Virus record (IMG/VR): IMGVR_UViG_2657245709_000001
Coordinates: 10,096-74,095 of that record
Strand: one strand, 5' to 3'
Length of the DNA: 64,000 nucleotides
From: a virus
Taxonomy: Duplodnaviria > Caudoviricetes
Shown in pieces: positions 53,304-62,409 of this stretch. The first letter of the stretch is position 1. The number at the start of each line of letters is the position of its first letter. The notes beneath the pieces were generated by a model. The model was not told where the DNA came from. It saw nothing but the letters and a program-made list of their open reading frames with translations, and ran no database searches. The translations under genes and the position numbers were made by a program.

Positions 53304-54463
53304 GGTCGAGCCTCCGTCTCGGGCGCAGGGAGGAACAGATGCTTGCCGTCGGCGGACTGGCAGTACGCCTCCGGGTGTCCGGCAGGGCGGTCGCAGGGCC
53401 GGTAGTAAATGCCGCTCACGCCCTTGGTCTTGCCGCAGTGGCGGGCCTCCGTCTCGGGCGCGGCGGGCCACGGGGCGAGGAGGTCGCGTCCGCAGCGCGG
53501 GTGCACGCAGATCCCGCCGTCGTCCAGCTCGTCGGCGGTCACCTCGTGGAAGTCGGCCCACCGGCTCGCGGGTACCGGCTTGTGGGCGAGGCAGTGCAGG
53601 AGGGTGCCCCGGCCCTGCCGGTAGCCGACGAGGCCGCTGGCCGCGCGCTCCGCGATCTCACGCTCGGTGGGCACCTCGGTGGCGCCCGCCCACGAGGTCG
53701 TCTCGGGCGCGGCCGAGGTCTCCGGCTCGGGCGCGGCGGCGACACCCGGGCAGTGGACCGGGCGCATACCGGGCTGCGGCTCCCAGGCGTGCGGCCCGTG
53801 GCCGCCACGGAGGAAGGCGAGGCTGCACGAGACGGTGGGCGCCGCCTCGTCCGGCTGCGCCACGGTGCGGGGCCCGCCCGCCTCGGCAGCCAGACGGCGC
53901 AGCAGAGCGGCGGCGGCCCGCATGCCCGCTTCCCGGCCCTCGTCCTCGTACCGACCCCACCGGTCCCGCCGGGACCACGAGTCGGCCTCGACGGCGTCGG
54001 CGGCCTCCTCCAGCGCGGCGGTTCGGGTGGCGGCCAGCTCCTGCGCGTGCAGGGCGAGCGCGCGGGCGGTCACGTCCTCGGGCAGCCCGTGCCGGTGCAG
54101 CACCGCGCGGGCGGTCTCGGTGCGCGGGCACTGCTCGGGCGGCCGGTGTGAGTTGTTGAAGCAGGTGTCCGGGCTGACGCCTTCGCAGTTGTCGCAGGTG
54201 TGCGTCTCGGCGTCTGCCGTCTCGTCGGCGAGCGCCAGCACATCGGCGTCCTCGTCTAGGTCGGCCAGGACACCGCCACCCTCCTGCTCGTTCAGCCCGC
54301 GGATGGCGGCGGCGATGCGGTCGCGGAGGGCGGCCCGGTCCTCAACGGCGAAGGCGGCGCAGGGCGTGGCCAGCGTGAGCGGCCCCTTGCGCGCGGCGGC
54401 CCGGTCGGCGGCAGGCGGCAGGGCGAGCGCGCGGGCGGTCTCGGTCGGGTCGGTCATGGTCAA
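53285..54463 (-). CDS. Mosaic phage protein built of short Cys/His modules
   Basis: Repeated 'PET' and 'TETARA' linkers between metal-binding motifs. Confidence 0.65.
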   Translation of the reverse strand: MTMTDPTETARALALPPAADRAAARKGPLTLATPCAAFAVEDRAALRDRIAAAIRGLNEQEGGGVLADLDEDADVLALADETADAETHTCDNCEGVSPDTCFNNSHRPPEQCPRTETARAVLHRHGLPEDVTARALALHAQELAATRTAALEEAADAVEADSWSRRDRWGRYEDEGREAGMRAAAALLRRLAAEAGGPRTVAQPDEAAPTVSCSLAFLRGGHGPHAWEPQPGMRPVHCPGVAAAPEPETSAAPETTSWAGATEVPTEREIAERAASGLVGYRQGRGTLLHCLAHKPVPASRWADFHEVTADELDDGGICVHPRCGRDLLAPWPAAPETEARHCGKTKGVSGIYYRPCDRPAGHPEAYCQSADGKHLFLPAPETEARPWPQTT

Positions 54464-54610
54464 CTCCAGGTGAGGGTGTGGGAGGGTTCGGGCAGGCCGC
54501 CCGCCGCTGGCTCCAACAGCAGCGGGCGGCCGTTCTGGGCGCCGGACTGGCGGGGGTGGAACCGGGTCACGCCGCGGGCCGTGCGCAGCAGGCGGGGCAG
54601 AGGTGCGCGG

Positions 54611-55351
54611 TCACTCGACCCCCGCAGCGGCGGCCCGGAGCATCGCCGCCACATTCGTGCGGGTACGGCCAGGGGCCCGCTCCCACGGGACGGTGAGTTC
54701 CTCGCCGAGATGGGTGACTACGGCATCCCAGAGATCGACCTCATCGAGTCGCCCCTCCCGCGCGGCCTCGCTGAGGAGTGAGCAGATTCCGGGACCCGAC
54801 GGTTCGGGTGTCCAGCAGGCGGTGGCTCGGTCGGCTGCTTGCCTCAGTGCCTCGCCGATGGGTGTGGTCACGGGTGTTCCTTCCTGCGGTGAGTTCTTGG
54901 TGGAGGCCCAGGCGGTGACGGCTTCACTCGCGGCCACGAAGTGCAGCCAGAGCCGCGGGTCGCCACCGGCCGGCACCGGCAGACCGGCCAGGAGGACCCG
55001 GACGACGTCCACGACGGCCGCCGGGTCGGCCCATCGGTGCAGCGGGAGCGGCTCCGGCTGCCGTTTCCGCGCCTCGGGCTTCTTGCAAGGCGCCCACTGC
55101 CACTGCTCGACCGGGTGCTCCCAAAGCAGGACAAACCCGGTCCTGTGTTTGCTCTCGTTCAGTCCCGGGGCGTCGACGTCCCAGGTGAGCAGGGACTGGA
55201 GCTGGGTGATGCATCCGGCGTCGGGGCCGGTCTCGTACCGGTTGGTCTCGGAGTCGGACGTCTCGGCACTGGTCGGCCCGAGACCGGCGGCGGCCAGGGC
55301 GTCGACCACCGCGGTGATGTACCGGTCGTGGGGCAGACGACGACTGTTCAT
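54611..55351 (-). CDS. Hypothetical protein, probable two-gene fusion
   Basis: ATG 55351; internal GAAGGA + GTG at 54871 in frame. Confidence 0.6.
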   Translation of the reverse strand: MNSRRLPHDRYITAVVDALAAAGLGPTSAETSDSETNRYETGPDAGCITQLQSLLTWDVDAPGLNESKHRTGFVLLWEHPVEQWQWAPCKKPEARKRQPEPLPLHRWADPAAVVDVVRVLLAGLPVPAGGDPRLWLHFVAASEAVTAWASTKNSPQEGTPVTTPIGEALRQAADRATACWTPEPSGPGICSLLSEAAREGRLDEVDLWDAVVTHLGEELTVPWERAPGRTRTNVAAMLRAAAAGVE

Positions 55352-55743
55352 CGGTTTCCCTCCGAGACGGGCGCGATGGTGGCGGGGGCCGGCGCGAGGG
55401 CGAAGGAGTGCACGGTCCGGCCGTTCGGGAGCTGGATGCTCCAGGGGCCGCCGATGAGGCCGTAAGCGGCCCAATCGCAGCCGCGCCCGCTGTACGGCGC
55501 GCGCCCGAGCGCGCCGAGGGTGCGGCCGATGCACTCCTGGCCGAGGACGTCCGAGGCGAGGACTTCCTCACCGGAGCGGTTGGCTCGGGGGGCGTCGGCC
55601 AGCGCCTGCTGGAAGTCCGCGCCGGTGGCGACGTCGCCGCACGAGGGGCAGACGAACGCCCATGCGAGCGGGTCGGTGCCGAACCGCTCGGTGGCCTCGG
55701 CGACGAGCGCGGCCTGGCTGAGGGTGCGGTGCGCGGTGCTCAT
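55348..55743 (-). CDS. VVA0879-like phage protein
   Basis: 'ERFG.D...WAFVCPSCG', 'CIGR', 'GCDWAAYGL'. Confidence 0.75.
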   Translation of the reverse strand: MSTAHRTLSQAALVAEATERFGTDPLAWAFVCPSCGDVATGADFQQALADAPRANRSGEEVLASDVLGQECIGRTLGALGRAPYSGRGCDWAAYGLIGGPWSIQLPNGRTVHSFALAPAPATIAPVSEGNR

Positions 55744-56126
55744 CGCTGCGCCGCCTCGTCGTGGAAGCGGACGGCGCGGTACCGGGCGGCCTCGAGGAGG
55801 CGCTGGATGGTCTTGGGGTCGCCGTCGAGGAGGCGCCGGATCGTCTTCTGCACGAGGGCGTAGCCGATCTCGTAGTCGGGTTCGCCGAGCGAGGTGGTGG
55901 GGCCGCGCTGGAGCCACACGCGGAGGGCGCGGTCCATGGAGGTGACGACGTCGACGGGGCGGTGGTCGTCCTGGTGGCAGTCGCTCATCAGGTTGCGGGC
56001 GACGGTGCGGGCTTCCCCGCCTCCGTCGGAGCGCACCTGGTTGCGGTGGGCCGGCTTGTCGGGGTAGCGGGTGGCCTCGTCCAGGGCGGCCAGGATGAGG
56101 TGCGGCTGGGTGATGCGGTCGGGCAT
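55740..56126 (-). CDS. Hypothetical protein
   Basis: MPDRITQPH...; overlap with the downstream gene. Confidence 0.6.
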   Translation of the reverse strand: MPDRITQPHLILAALDEATRYPDKPAHRNQVRSDGGGEARTVARNLMSDCHQDDHRPVDVVTSMDRALRVWLQRGPTTSLGEPDYEIGYALVQKTIRRLLDGDPKTIQRLLEAARYRAVRFHDEAAQR

Positions 56127-56137
56127 GGGGTCGTCTT

Positions 56138-56345
56138 TCAGAAGAGGAGGAGGTCGTCGGGCTGCACTGCGGGTGCTTCGGTCTGCGGGGCGGGCGCGGG
56201 AGCCGGTGCGCTGGGAGCTGCGGGCGCTGAGGGCCTGGGAGGGGACTTCTTCGCGGGCGGGGGCCCGGCAGCGGGGGCCGAGCCCGTCGGGGCTCGGCCT
56301 CAGCAGGCGGTGCTTGCAGTCCGCGCACCGGAGGTCTGCAGTCAC
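56138..56345 (-). pseudogene. DUF6011-like zinc protein with apparent frameshift
   Basis: N-terminus 'RCADCKHRL...GLGPRC' and the natural-looking C-terminus 'AKKSPP...QPDDLLLF*' are in different frames. Confidence 0.45.
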
Positions 56346-56638
56346 GCTGAGGTCGGTTCCGTGTGCAGGGTGTCGAGGTGCTCCAGGAACGCGACGATGG
56401 CGGCGCCGGCGGCGACGGTCTCCTCGCGGACGTTCGCGAGGCACGCGACCGGGTTGTCGGTGTCGCGGCCGGCGGTGAGCACGGCGGTCGCGATTCCGCC
56501 GGTGTGCTCGGTGAGAGCGAGCGCCCACTCCTCGAGGTTGTGGTGCTCGGCGCCGAGGCGGCCCTTCTGCGCCTCGCGCTCGGTGTGGAGGTCGAGGTAG
56601 GGGCCGGTGAGGCGCGGGGCGTCGTAGTCGGGGTACAC
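56342..56638 (-). CDS. MazG-like all-helical protein (degenerate)
   Basis: 'EREAQ', 'W...LTEHTG..A', 'REE.V..A...A..E'. Confidence 0.5.
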   Translation of the reverse strand: MYPDYDAPRLTGPYLDLHTEREAQKGRLGAEHHNLEEWALALTEHTGGIATAVLTAGRDTDNPVACLANVREETVAAGAAIVAFLEHLDTLHTEPTSA

Positions 56639-56665
56639 GGTGGCTCCGTTCGTCGCGGGGGCGGG

Positions 56666-56953
56666 TTAGTGGAGGTGGGCGATGGTGCGGAGGGTGGAAA
56701 TTCCGGTGGGGCTGGTGCGGGCGAGCTGCACGGCGGCGACCAGGCCCGGGTAACCGGTGGCGAGGGCCATCCGGTTGGCGTGATCGGCCTCGGCGACGAG
56801 AGCGGTCAACCGGCCCCGGAACGTCGCGCGCCGGTCGGGCCCGGGGGTGGAGTGTCCGAAGTGCTGGAGCACGTGGACGGCGTCGGCGGCGGTGATGCGC
56901 GCCCCGGCGGCCGGGACCGGGTGCGGTGGGACGGCACAGGAGGCGGTGCTCAC
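56666..56953 (-). CDS. Hypothetical protein
   Basis: GTG overlapping the upstream stop; 'F...L....A.AD..N...LA..YP'. Confidence 0.6.
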   Translation of the reverse strand: MSTASCAVPPHPVPAAGARITAADAVHVLQHFGHSTPGPDRRATFRGRLTALVAEADHANRMALATGYPGLVAAVQLARTSPTGISTLRTIAHLH

Positions 56954-57414
56954 GGGGTGTCTCCGTACAGGGCGGTGAGGGCGACCGCGAGGACGTCGCG
57001 GGCGTGACGGTCGAGGAGGTGCTCGCGGTCGACACACAGGCCGAGCCCGCACCACGGCAGGACGGGCCCGTGGGGCGCCCGGCCGTGCGCGAGGCGGTAG
57101 GCGGTCAGCCGGGCGGACCGCAGGTGCTTGCCGACCTGGACGTAGGGGTGGCCGTCGGCGGTGACATCGCCGACCCAGAGGAGGTGTCCGTCGGGCAGGT
57201 GCCTCACCGATCCCCAGAAGGCCTCCTCGAGCGAGCGGGGCCGGAATCCGCGGGCGAGCCGGTGGCCCACGCCGCTCTGACGGCGGACGTCCCGGATCGT
57301 GGCGGTGGTGACGCGGAGAAGCCGGCGGATGTCGTCGTCCAGGCGGCCTGCCCGGATGTGCGCGGCGACGTCGGCGCGCACCAGGACCGCCATGCGGGCG
57401 CGGGTGTCGGTCAC
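56950..57414 (-). CDS. HTH plus degenerate HNH-like domain protein
   Basis: 'FW...DGHLLW.G...A...AY....C....CV...HL'. Confidence 0.65.
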   Translation of the reverse strand: MTDTRARMAVLVRADVAAHIRAGRLDDDIRRLLRVTTATIRDVRRQSGVGHRLARGFRPRSLEEAFWGSVRHLPDGHLLWVGDVTADGHPYVQVGKHLRSARLTAYRLAHGRAPHGPVLPWCGLGLCVDREHLLDRHARDVLAVALTALYGDTP

Positions 57415-57650
57415 CGGGCCCTCCGCACGGGCAGGAGGGGCTGCAGGGAGCGCAGGGCGGTCTGTGCCTGGGTGCGCTCGCGGGCGGCGCCAGCGAGCAG
57501 GTGCAGGGCGTGTGCGAGGCCTCGGTGGAGTTGACGTTCGCGCCGGTGTGACGCCTGAAGGCGGACGCGGTCGAACTCCGCTGCTACGTAGGCGCGTTGA
57601 AGTAGAGCCTCGGTGGCGCGGAGGCGCTTGGTGGTGGTGAGGCCGAGCAT
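57411..57650 (-). CDS. Small coiled-coil protein
   Basis: GGAG RBS; MLGLTTTKRLR. Confidence 0.6.
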   Translation of the reverse strand: MLGLTTTKRLRATEALLQRAYVAAEFDRVRLQASHRRERQLHRGLAHALHLLAGAARERTQAQTALRSLQPLLPVRRAR

Positions 57651-57661
57651 GGGGTTCTCCA

Positions 57662-58006
57662 TCAGGTGCGGCGCTGGCGGTAGTCGGAGAGGCGGATCAC
57701 GCCTTCGGGCAGCGGCTTCTGCCTGGGGGTAGGGCTGGCCTTGCTTGTGTCGAGGGGCAGTTGGGGCTGCTGGGCCTCGCACGTAGCCGCGTGGGGCATG
57801 TGGAGGCGCTCGTAGCCCATGAGGGGCTGCTGCTCGGTCACCCGGCGGGACACGACCGCCCCGGTCCCGTCTCGGCGCACCCCGGTGTTGCCAGCCGGGT
57901 CCGGGTCCGGGTTGACCGCGAGGCGCTTCCCGCCGGCGGTGGTCTTGCCCGGCAGGGTCCGGGTCACCAGCACGGGGAGCCCGCAGTCGGGGCAGCGGCT
58001 GGTCAT
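57662..58006 (-). CDS. Zinc-binding hypothetical protein
   Basis: CPDC...DP.GN...HAATC. Confidence 0.7.
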   Translation of the reverse strand: MTSRCPDCGLPVLVTRTLPGKTTAGGKRLAVNPDPDPAGNTGVRRDGTGAVVSRRVTEQQPLMGYERLHMPHAATCEAQQPQLPLDTSKASPTPRQKPLPEGVIRLSDYRQRRT

Positions 58007-58308
58007 CGCACGTCCCGAGAGGCTGCCTCGATGGCCTGCGCGTACGCGGCCTCGGCAGCGCGTGCCCGCCCGGTGCAGACGCCCTGGGCGACCGGGGCGC
58101 CGTTCGCCGTGCAGTAGTGCGCGGCGGGGGCGGTGCAGTCCGGGCAGGTGAAGTGCGCCCGGATCCAGGCGTCCTTGCGGCCGGGGTGCGGTCTCGGGCG
58201 TACGTCGCCGCGGCGGTTGGTGCACGGGCTGCCGGGTGCAGCGCGGCAGGGTTCCCAGTCGCACGTCTGCTCGGTCTCGGGGTGCCGTCGTTCGGCTCGT
58301 GAAGCCAT
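58003..58308 (-). CDS. Tandem zinc-finger protein
   Basis: Two Cys-rich 'C.A..G.PC...H..R'-type motifs. Confidence 0.65.
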   Translation of the reverse strand: MASRAERRHPETEQTCDWEPCRAAPGSPCTNRRGDVRPRPHPGRKDAWIRAHFTCPDCTAPAAHYCTANGAPVAQGVCTGRARAAEAAYAQAIEAASRDVR

Positions 58309-58320
58309 CTCCGTGTCCTG

Positions 58321-59334
58321 TCAGGTTCCTGTGCTGGTGTGGTCGGTGGCGGTGCGCGTTCGGGCGCCGAGGGCGGCTCGCTGAGGGTGGATGCCGTGGC
58401 GCCGGGTGCCGCCCGGGCCGGTGCAGGGGTCGCCGGGCCGGGCCGGGCAACTCGGGCAGGGGACGGTGGCGGTGTCCCATACCTCGAGCCGGGCTTCGTG
58501 CACGGCGCCACGGCGACCGGCGCCGCTGACGCACGGGGCGTCGACGGAGGCCTGGCACTCGGGGCACGGCACCGCCCACTCGGCCGGGGCCGGGCCGGCT
58601 GTCGGGGGAATGGTGGCGAGGCTGTCGGCGAGCGCCTGGAGAACGGGGCCGCGTCCGTAGAGCCGCATCGCCGCGGGTACGCCCTGGGTCTCGAGCGCCT
58701 GGCGGAGGTCGGCGTCCGTCGCCGCTTGCTGTCCCGGTACGGAGAGCAGCAGGGGCGGCTGGGTCGGAGCGGACACCCTGCTCGCGCGGTCGGGGCGGCG
58801 GACCGCGGGCACGAGGGTGAGTGCCGCTCCCTCCTCCTGCTCGGACGCGGTAGGCGCGGGGCCCGCGCCGGGATCCGCGGGGGCCGGAACGGCCGGCTCG
58901 GATCCCGGCGCGGTGGCCGCTCTCGGTTCTTCGTCCAGGGCGGCCACTGCCGCCGCGATCGACTTCTCCTTGGCCGCCTTCTTCCGCCGCTCCTGCCTGG
59001 TGTCCACGTACAGGTGAAGGTGCTCCTCCCACTCCAGCCTGTCGGCGACGTCGGCGAGCACGTACACGGAGGGGAGGTTGGGGCGGCGCCGCTCCGTCAG
59101 CGCCCCGACGGCCTTCAGGACCTTCTTGGCCCGGGTGACGGTCTCGGGGTCGCTGCCGACGATCGCGGCGATCGTCGGCAGCGGGCACTCGGCGGTGCCA
59201 TCAGGCCCGATGTAGGACGCGATGGCCCACCCGACGTGAACGATCTTCGAGACGTCGGGGCGGCGCATCCGCAGGGCTTCGTCCCGCATGCGGTTCATCC
59301 ACGCCGTCATGGGGGCCTGCTCGCCGGTGTTCAC
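58321..59334 (-). CDS. Winged-HTH replication-initiator-like protein with two C-terminal zinc fingers
   Basis: 'IASY..PDG....P...IA...G....TV.RA...L...G.L...RRPN...VY'. Confidence 0.7.
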   Translation of the reverse strand: MNTGEQAPMTAWMNRMRDEALRMRRPDVSKIVHVGWAIASYIGPDGTAECPLPTIAAIVGSDPETVTRAKKVLKAVGALTERRRPNLPSVYVLADVADRLEWEEHLHLYVDTRQERRKKAAKEKSIAAAVAALDEEPRAATAPGSEPAVPAPADPGAGPAPTASEQEEGAALTLVPAVRRPDRASRVSAPTQPPLLLSVPGQQAATDADLRQALETQGVPAAMRLYGRGPVLQALADSLATIPPTAGPAPAEWAVPCPECQASVDAPCVSGAGRRGAVHEARLEVWDTATVPCPSCPARPGDPCTGPGGTRRHGIHPQRAALGARTRTATDHTSTGT

Positions 59335-59410
59335 GAGAGGACGCTCCTGGTGGCTGCGTGGGGCACGGTGGCTCCGATCTAGCGGCGGCGGGACAAGGGG
59401 GTTGGGCCGG

Positions 59411-59731
59411 TCACTCGCGCTGGGGGCGTTGGGCGTCGAGGGCGGCCCGGTAGACGTGCGGGCTCGAGCGGCGCTTCCCGGACCGGATAGCGGCCTCGTC
59501 GAACACCGCGGACGCGGACTGCGGCGACGGCGTCGTCCAGGCGCCGGCCGGGAGACCGGCGCCGGGCACGGGCTCGGGCGCGTTCGCCAGCTTGGCCGGG
59601 GTATGCCGGGGGCAGCGCAGGCCGCTCAGGTACTCGCGCAGATCCTGGCGGGCTAGGCAGTGGCGGCGCTCGGCGCCTATCCAGTGCCCGCACACCGGCG
59701 GCCGTGGATGCTGACTGTCCGGAGCGGTCAC
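59411..59731 (-). CDS. Hypothetical phage protein
   Basis: 'CGHWIGAERRHC...G.RCP.HTP', 'SGKRRSS'. Confidence 0.7.
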   Translation of the reverse strand: MTAPDSQHPRPPVCGHWIGAERRHCLARQDLREYLSGLRCPRHTPAKLANAPEPVPGAGLPAGAWTTPSPQSASAVFDEAAIRSGKRRSSPHVYRAALDAQRPQRE

Positions 59732-60042
59732 TCCTCTTCCTCCAGCTCCGCCTCGGCGGCCTTGCGGCGTTGTGCGGCGAGCTGCCTGCGGGCTCTCGCG
59801 CTCATCCCGCCGCGCACCCCGAACCGCTCGCGGTGGCTCTCCTCCATCCGCATGGCGTCCTCGAGGCACTCCTCCTGCACGGGACAGCGGGAGGTGCAGT
59901 ACCGCTTCACCGCGGCGATGTCCGCGAGCCCCCTGGCGAAGAACGCGTCGTGCGGGACGCTGCTGCCCCGGCCGCAGGCGGCGTCGGCCGCCCATGCCTG
60001 TCCCCCGATGGTGGTCAGGACGTCCATGACCGGCATCAGCAC
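59728..60042 (-). CDS. WhiB-family Fe-S transcriptional regulator
   Basis: W...AAC, FF, C...CPV...C, 'GVRGG', 'R..R'. Confidence 0.9.
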   Translation of the reverse strand: MLMPVMDVLTTIGGQAWAADAACGRGSSVPHDAFFARGLADIAAVKRYCTSRCPVQEECLEDAMRMEESHRERFGVRGGMSARARRQLAAQRRKAAEAELEEEE

Positions 60043-60545
60043 GCCTCCAGCCGGAGGAACGCCTCGTCCAGTTGCCGTGCCGTATCCAGCGTCGGTACCT
60101 CGTCGGGCACGTCCGCTTCCTTTTCCTTCTTAGCGCGCAGGGCCTGCCGGTCCTCGGCGTCGGCCTGGCACTCGGGCGCGACGCACCACGGGTAGGCGCA
60201 GGCGGACTTGACGTTGCCGACCGGGGGGCGCCCGTTCTCCATGGCGTAGGCGATGGGCCGGACCGACAGCTTCTGCCCCCGGTAGGTGATGACCGGCGCG
60301 CAGTCCTGCGTGCGCTCGCCGGTCCACACCATGTGGCCGCCGGGCAAGAGCACGGTGTCGCGGGTGAACTTCTCCTGCGGGGTGAGGCGCGGGCGCGCGG
60401 GCGGGTACGCGTGCTCCGCGCGGATCCGGGCCGCGGTCGCCGTTCCGACGTGGAGCTGCCGCGCGATCTCCTCGTTGGTGCGCCCGTCACTGAGGGCGTG
60501 CAGGATCTGGGGTTCCTTGGGGTGGGGGCGTCGGTGCGACGTCAT
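60036..60545 (-). CDS. HTH plus degenerate HNH-like domain protein
   Basis: 'TNEEIARQLHVG' HTH; 'GGHMVWTG...AY...C....CVAPE'. Confidence 0.7.
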   Translation of the reverse strand: MTSHRRPHPKEPQILHALSDGRTNEEIARQLHVGTATAARIRAEHAYPPARPRLTPQEKFTRDTVLLPGGHMVWTGERTQDCAPVITYRGQKLSVRPIAYAMENGRPPVGNVKSACAYPWCVAPECQADAEDRQALRAKKEKEADVPDEVPTLDTARQLDEAFLRLEAC

Positions 60546-60550
60546 GGCGG

Positions 60551-60787
60551 TCACCTCTCGCGTCGTGGACCGGGCAGGAACACCCGCGTGCGGGGGCGGG
60601 AGGCGGGGTGGCGGTGCACGGCGGCCTCCACCTCGGCGTCGCGGTCCGCGGCCGCTCCCGGCTCGTAGCCCCGGGCGCTCTCCTCGCCGCGCATGCCGCC
60701 TGCAGCGTCGCGGGCCAGAGCGTGCAGGGCCCTGCCAACACCGACAGCGAGGGCGGCCGAGGCGAGCGCTACGTAGAGCCAGGTCAC
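60551..60787 (-). CDS. Small membrane protein
   Basis: N-terminal TM helix; GTGA overlap. Confidence 0.5.
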   Translation of the reverse strand: MTWLYVALASAALAVGVGRALHALARDAAGGMRGEESARGYEPGAAADRDAEVEAAVHRHPASRPRTRVFLPGPRRER

Positions 60788-61125
60788 CGACCACCACCGC
60801 CCTGGGGAACGGAGACGTGCCGATACCGGCGGCACCCGGCGCCGGAGTCGTCAGGCGCCAGACGCCCCGCGCACTGAAGGTCGGCCAGGTCGTTTCGGAC
60901 CGTCCTCTCGGAGAGCCCCTTCCATCCCCAGCAGAGGTAGATCCGACGGACGCCGGAGAGGCTGACGGGGCGTCCGATCTTCGCGATCCAGGTGATGAGC
61001 CGGGCCTGTCGCTCTGCCGCGGAAGGCGTCCCCGGGCTGAGCCGCTCGGCGGCGGGTGCCTTTCGGGGGGCAGCGACCGTCCCGCTCAGTCTCAGTACGG
61101 CGAGGTCGGGAAAAATCTTGGCCAT
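60784..61125 (-). CDS. Winged-helix DNA-binding protein
   Basis: 'RQARL...SERTVRNDLADL...G.L'. Confidence 0.65.
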   Translation of the reverse strand: MAKIFPDLAVLRLSGTVAAPRKAPAAERLSPGTPSAAERQARLITWIAKIGRPVSLSGVRRIYLCWGWKGLSERTVRNDLADLQCAGRLAPDDSGAGCRRYRHVSVPQGGGGR

Positions 61126-61424
61126 CAGCGTGGTCCCTTCCCGCGCACGGGGATTGCGCGGAGTTCGGCACGGGCGTGCCCGATCGCCGCGCAGCGCCCG
61201 TCGCAGTACCAGTGAGTTCGTGCGCCGTCCCTGCTGCCCGTGACGCGGACCATGCCTTCGGCCGGGGCAGCGCCGATTGCGGGTGTCGCGCACAGCGGGT
61301 TCGCGCAGGGGGCAATGACGGTGGTGTGGGCGTCAGGGCGGCCCGGGCCGACGAGCCCCTGGGTGAAAGCCCGGTGGGCCGCCTGCTGGCCCGGGCTGCC
61401 CTCGCCGAGGCTCGGGCGGCTCAC
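61125..61424 (-). CDS. Small zinc-binding protein
   Basis: CANPLC...WYCDGRC. Confidence 0.6.
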   Translation of the reverse strand: MSRPSLGEGSPGQQAAHRAFTQGLVGPGRPDAHTTVIAPCANPLCATPAIGAAPAEGMVRVTGSRDGARTHWYCDGRCAAIGHARAELRAIPVRGKGPR

Positions 61425-61807
61425 GCGGCCTCACCCTTCTCGGCGAGCAGGCGCCCGAGCGTGACCATGCCGTCCACTGGGTCAACCTGGGTGCGCGCGC
61501 ACTTCGCGCAGGCCCTCACCAGCTCGAAGTAGACGCAGCCGCCCTGGCTGTGGTCGACGCGGTACTGGAGGCGGTCGTCGTCCTCGAGGAGGGCGGTCGC
61601 CTGCTCCACGGACTCCGGGAGCCGGGAGCTCGGCGTGTAGCTCCAGGTGAGCGTCGCGGCGGGCGCGCCAAGTACGTCTTCGGCGTGCTCGGCGGCGGCC
61701 TGGACGAACTCGTCGCGGGTACGGGCGAACTCGGCGGCGTCCCAGTCGGGTGTCCGGGCCTCGTGGGCGTACCAGGCAGCGCGCGCGGCCTCGACGATCC
61801 CGGTCAT
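61421..61807 (-). CDS. Hypothetical protein
   Basis: ATGA overlap; 'LVRACAKC...LGRLL'. Confidence 0.65.
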   Translation of the reverse strand: MTGIVEAARAAWYAHEARTPDWDAAEFARTRDEFVQAAAEHAEDVLGAPAATLTWSYTPSSRLPESVEQATALLEDDDRLQYRVDHSQGGCVYFELVRACAKCARTQVDPVDGMVTLGRLLAEKGEAA

Positions 61808-62409
61808 ACCTTCACCTCGACCCTCTGGGGCTTGTACTGGGCGTCGACCCAGGAAGCGGCCTGGTCGAGCGAGGCCATGAGGTTGCGGGCCCGGGCCCAG
61901 CGCATCTCTCCGTCGAGGTGCTGGCCCTTCGGGTCCGCGACGGCGCGCGCCTGCCAGGGGCTCGTCTGCAGGGGGTCCCAGTGCCGTGTGATGGTCCCGG
62001 CGACGTCCTCCACGCAGACGGGCGGCGTGGGCGTCCGCGTGACGAACCACTCCCGCGGCTCGGACCGCATCCCCGGCAGCGTGAGCTCGCCGGGCCACAG
62101 CCACACGTCGAGGTGTCGCCGGGCCGGGTGGCCGTAGCCGTACTGAGCGGTGGTGGTGGTCTGGGTCCCGACGTTCTCGCTGGTGAAAACGTGGACGGCG
62201 CCGCATCCCCGGCACACGAACCGGATGGTGGTGCGCGGGAAGCGGGTCGCGTGGGTGCACTCCTCGCTCTCGCACCCGTGGGGCGCGTCGGAGAGGCGGC
62301 CGCGGCGCCCGAGGTCGAACCGCAGGCCCTCCTCCCACAGCCGTTCCTCGCAGGGCTCGTTGTGGGCGAGTCGTGTCCACCCCAGGTAGAGGTCCCGGAC
62401 GATGTTCAT
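61804..62409 (-). CDS. Hypothetical protein
   Basis: GAGG RBS; coupled ORF. Confidence 0.65.
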   Translation of the reverse strand: MNIVRDLYLGWTRLAHNEPCEERLWEEGLRFDLGRRGRLSDAPHGCESEECTHATRFPRTTIRFVCRGCGAVHVFTSENVGTQTTTTAQYGYGHPARRHLDVWLWPGELTLPGMRSEPREWFVTRTPTPPVCVEDVAGTITRHWDPLQTSPWQARAVADPKGQHLDGEMRWARARNLMASLDQAASWVDAQYKPQRVEVKV

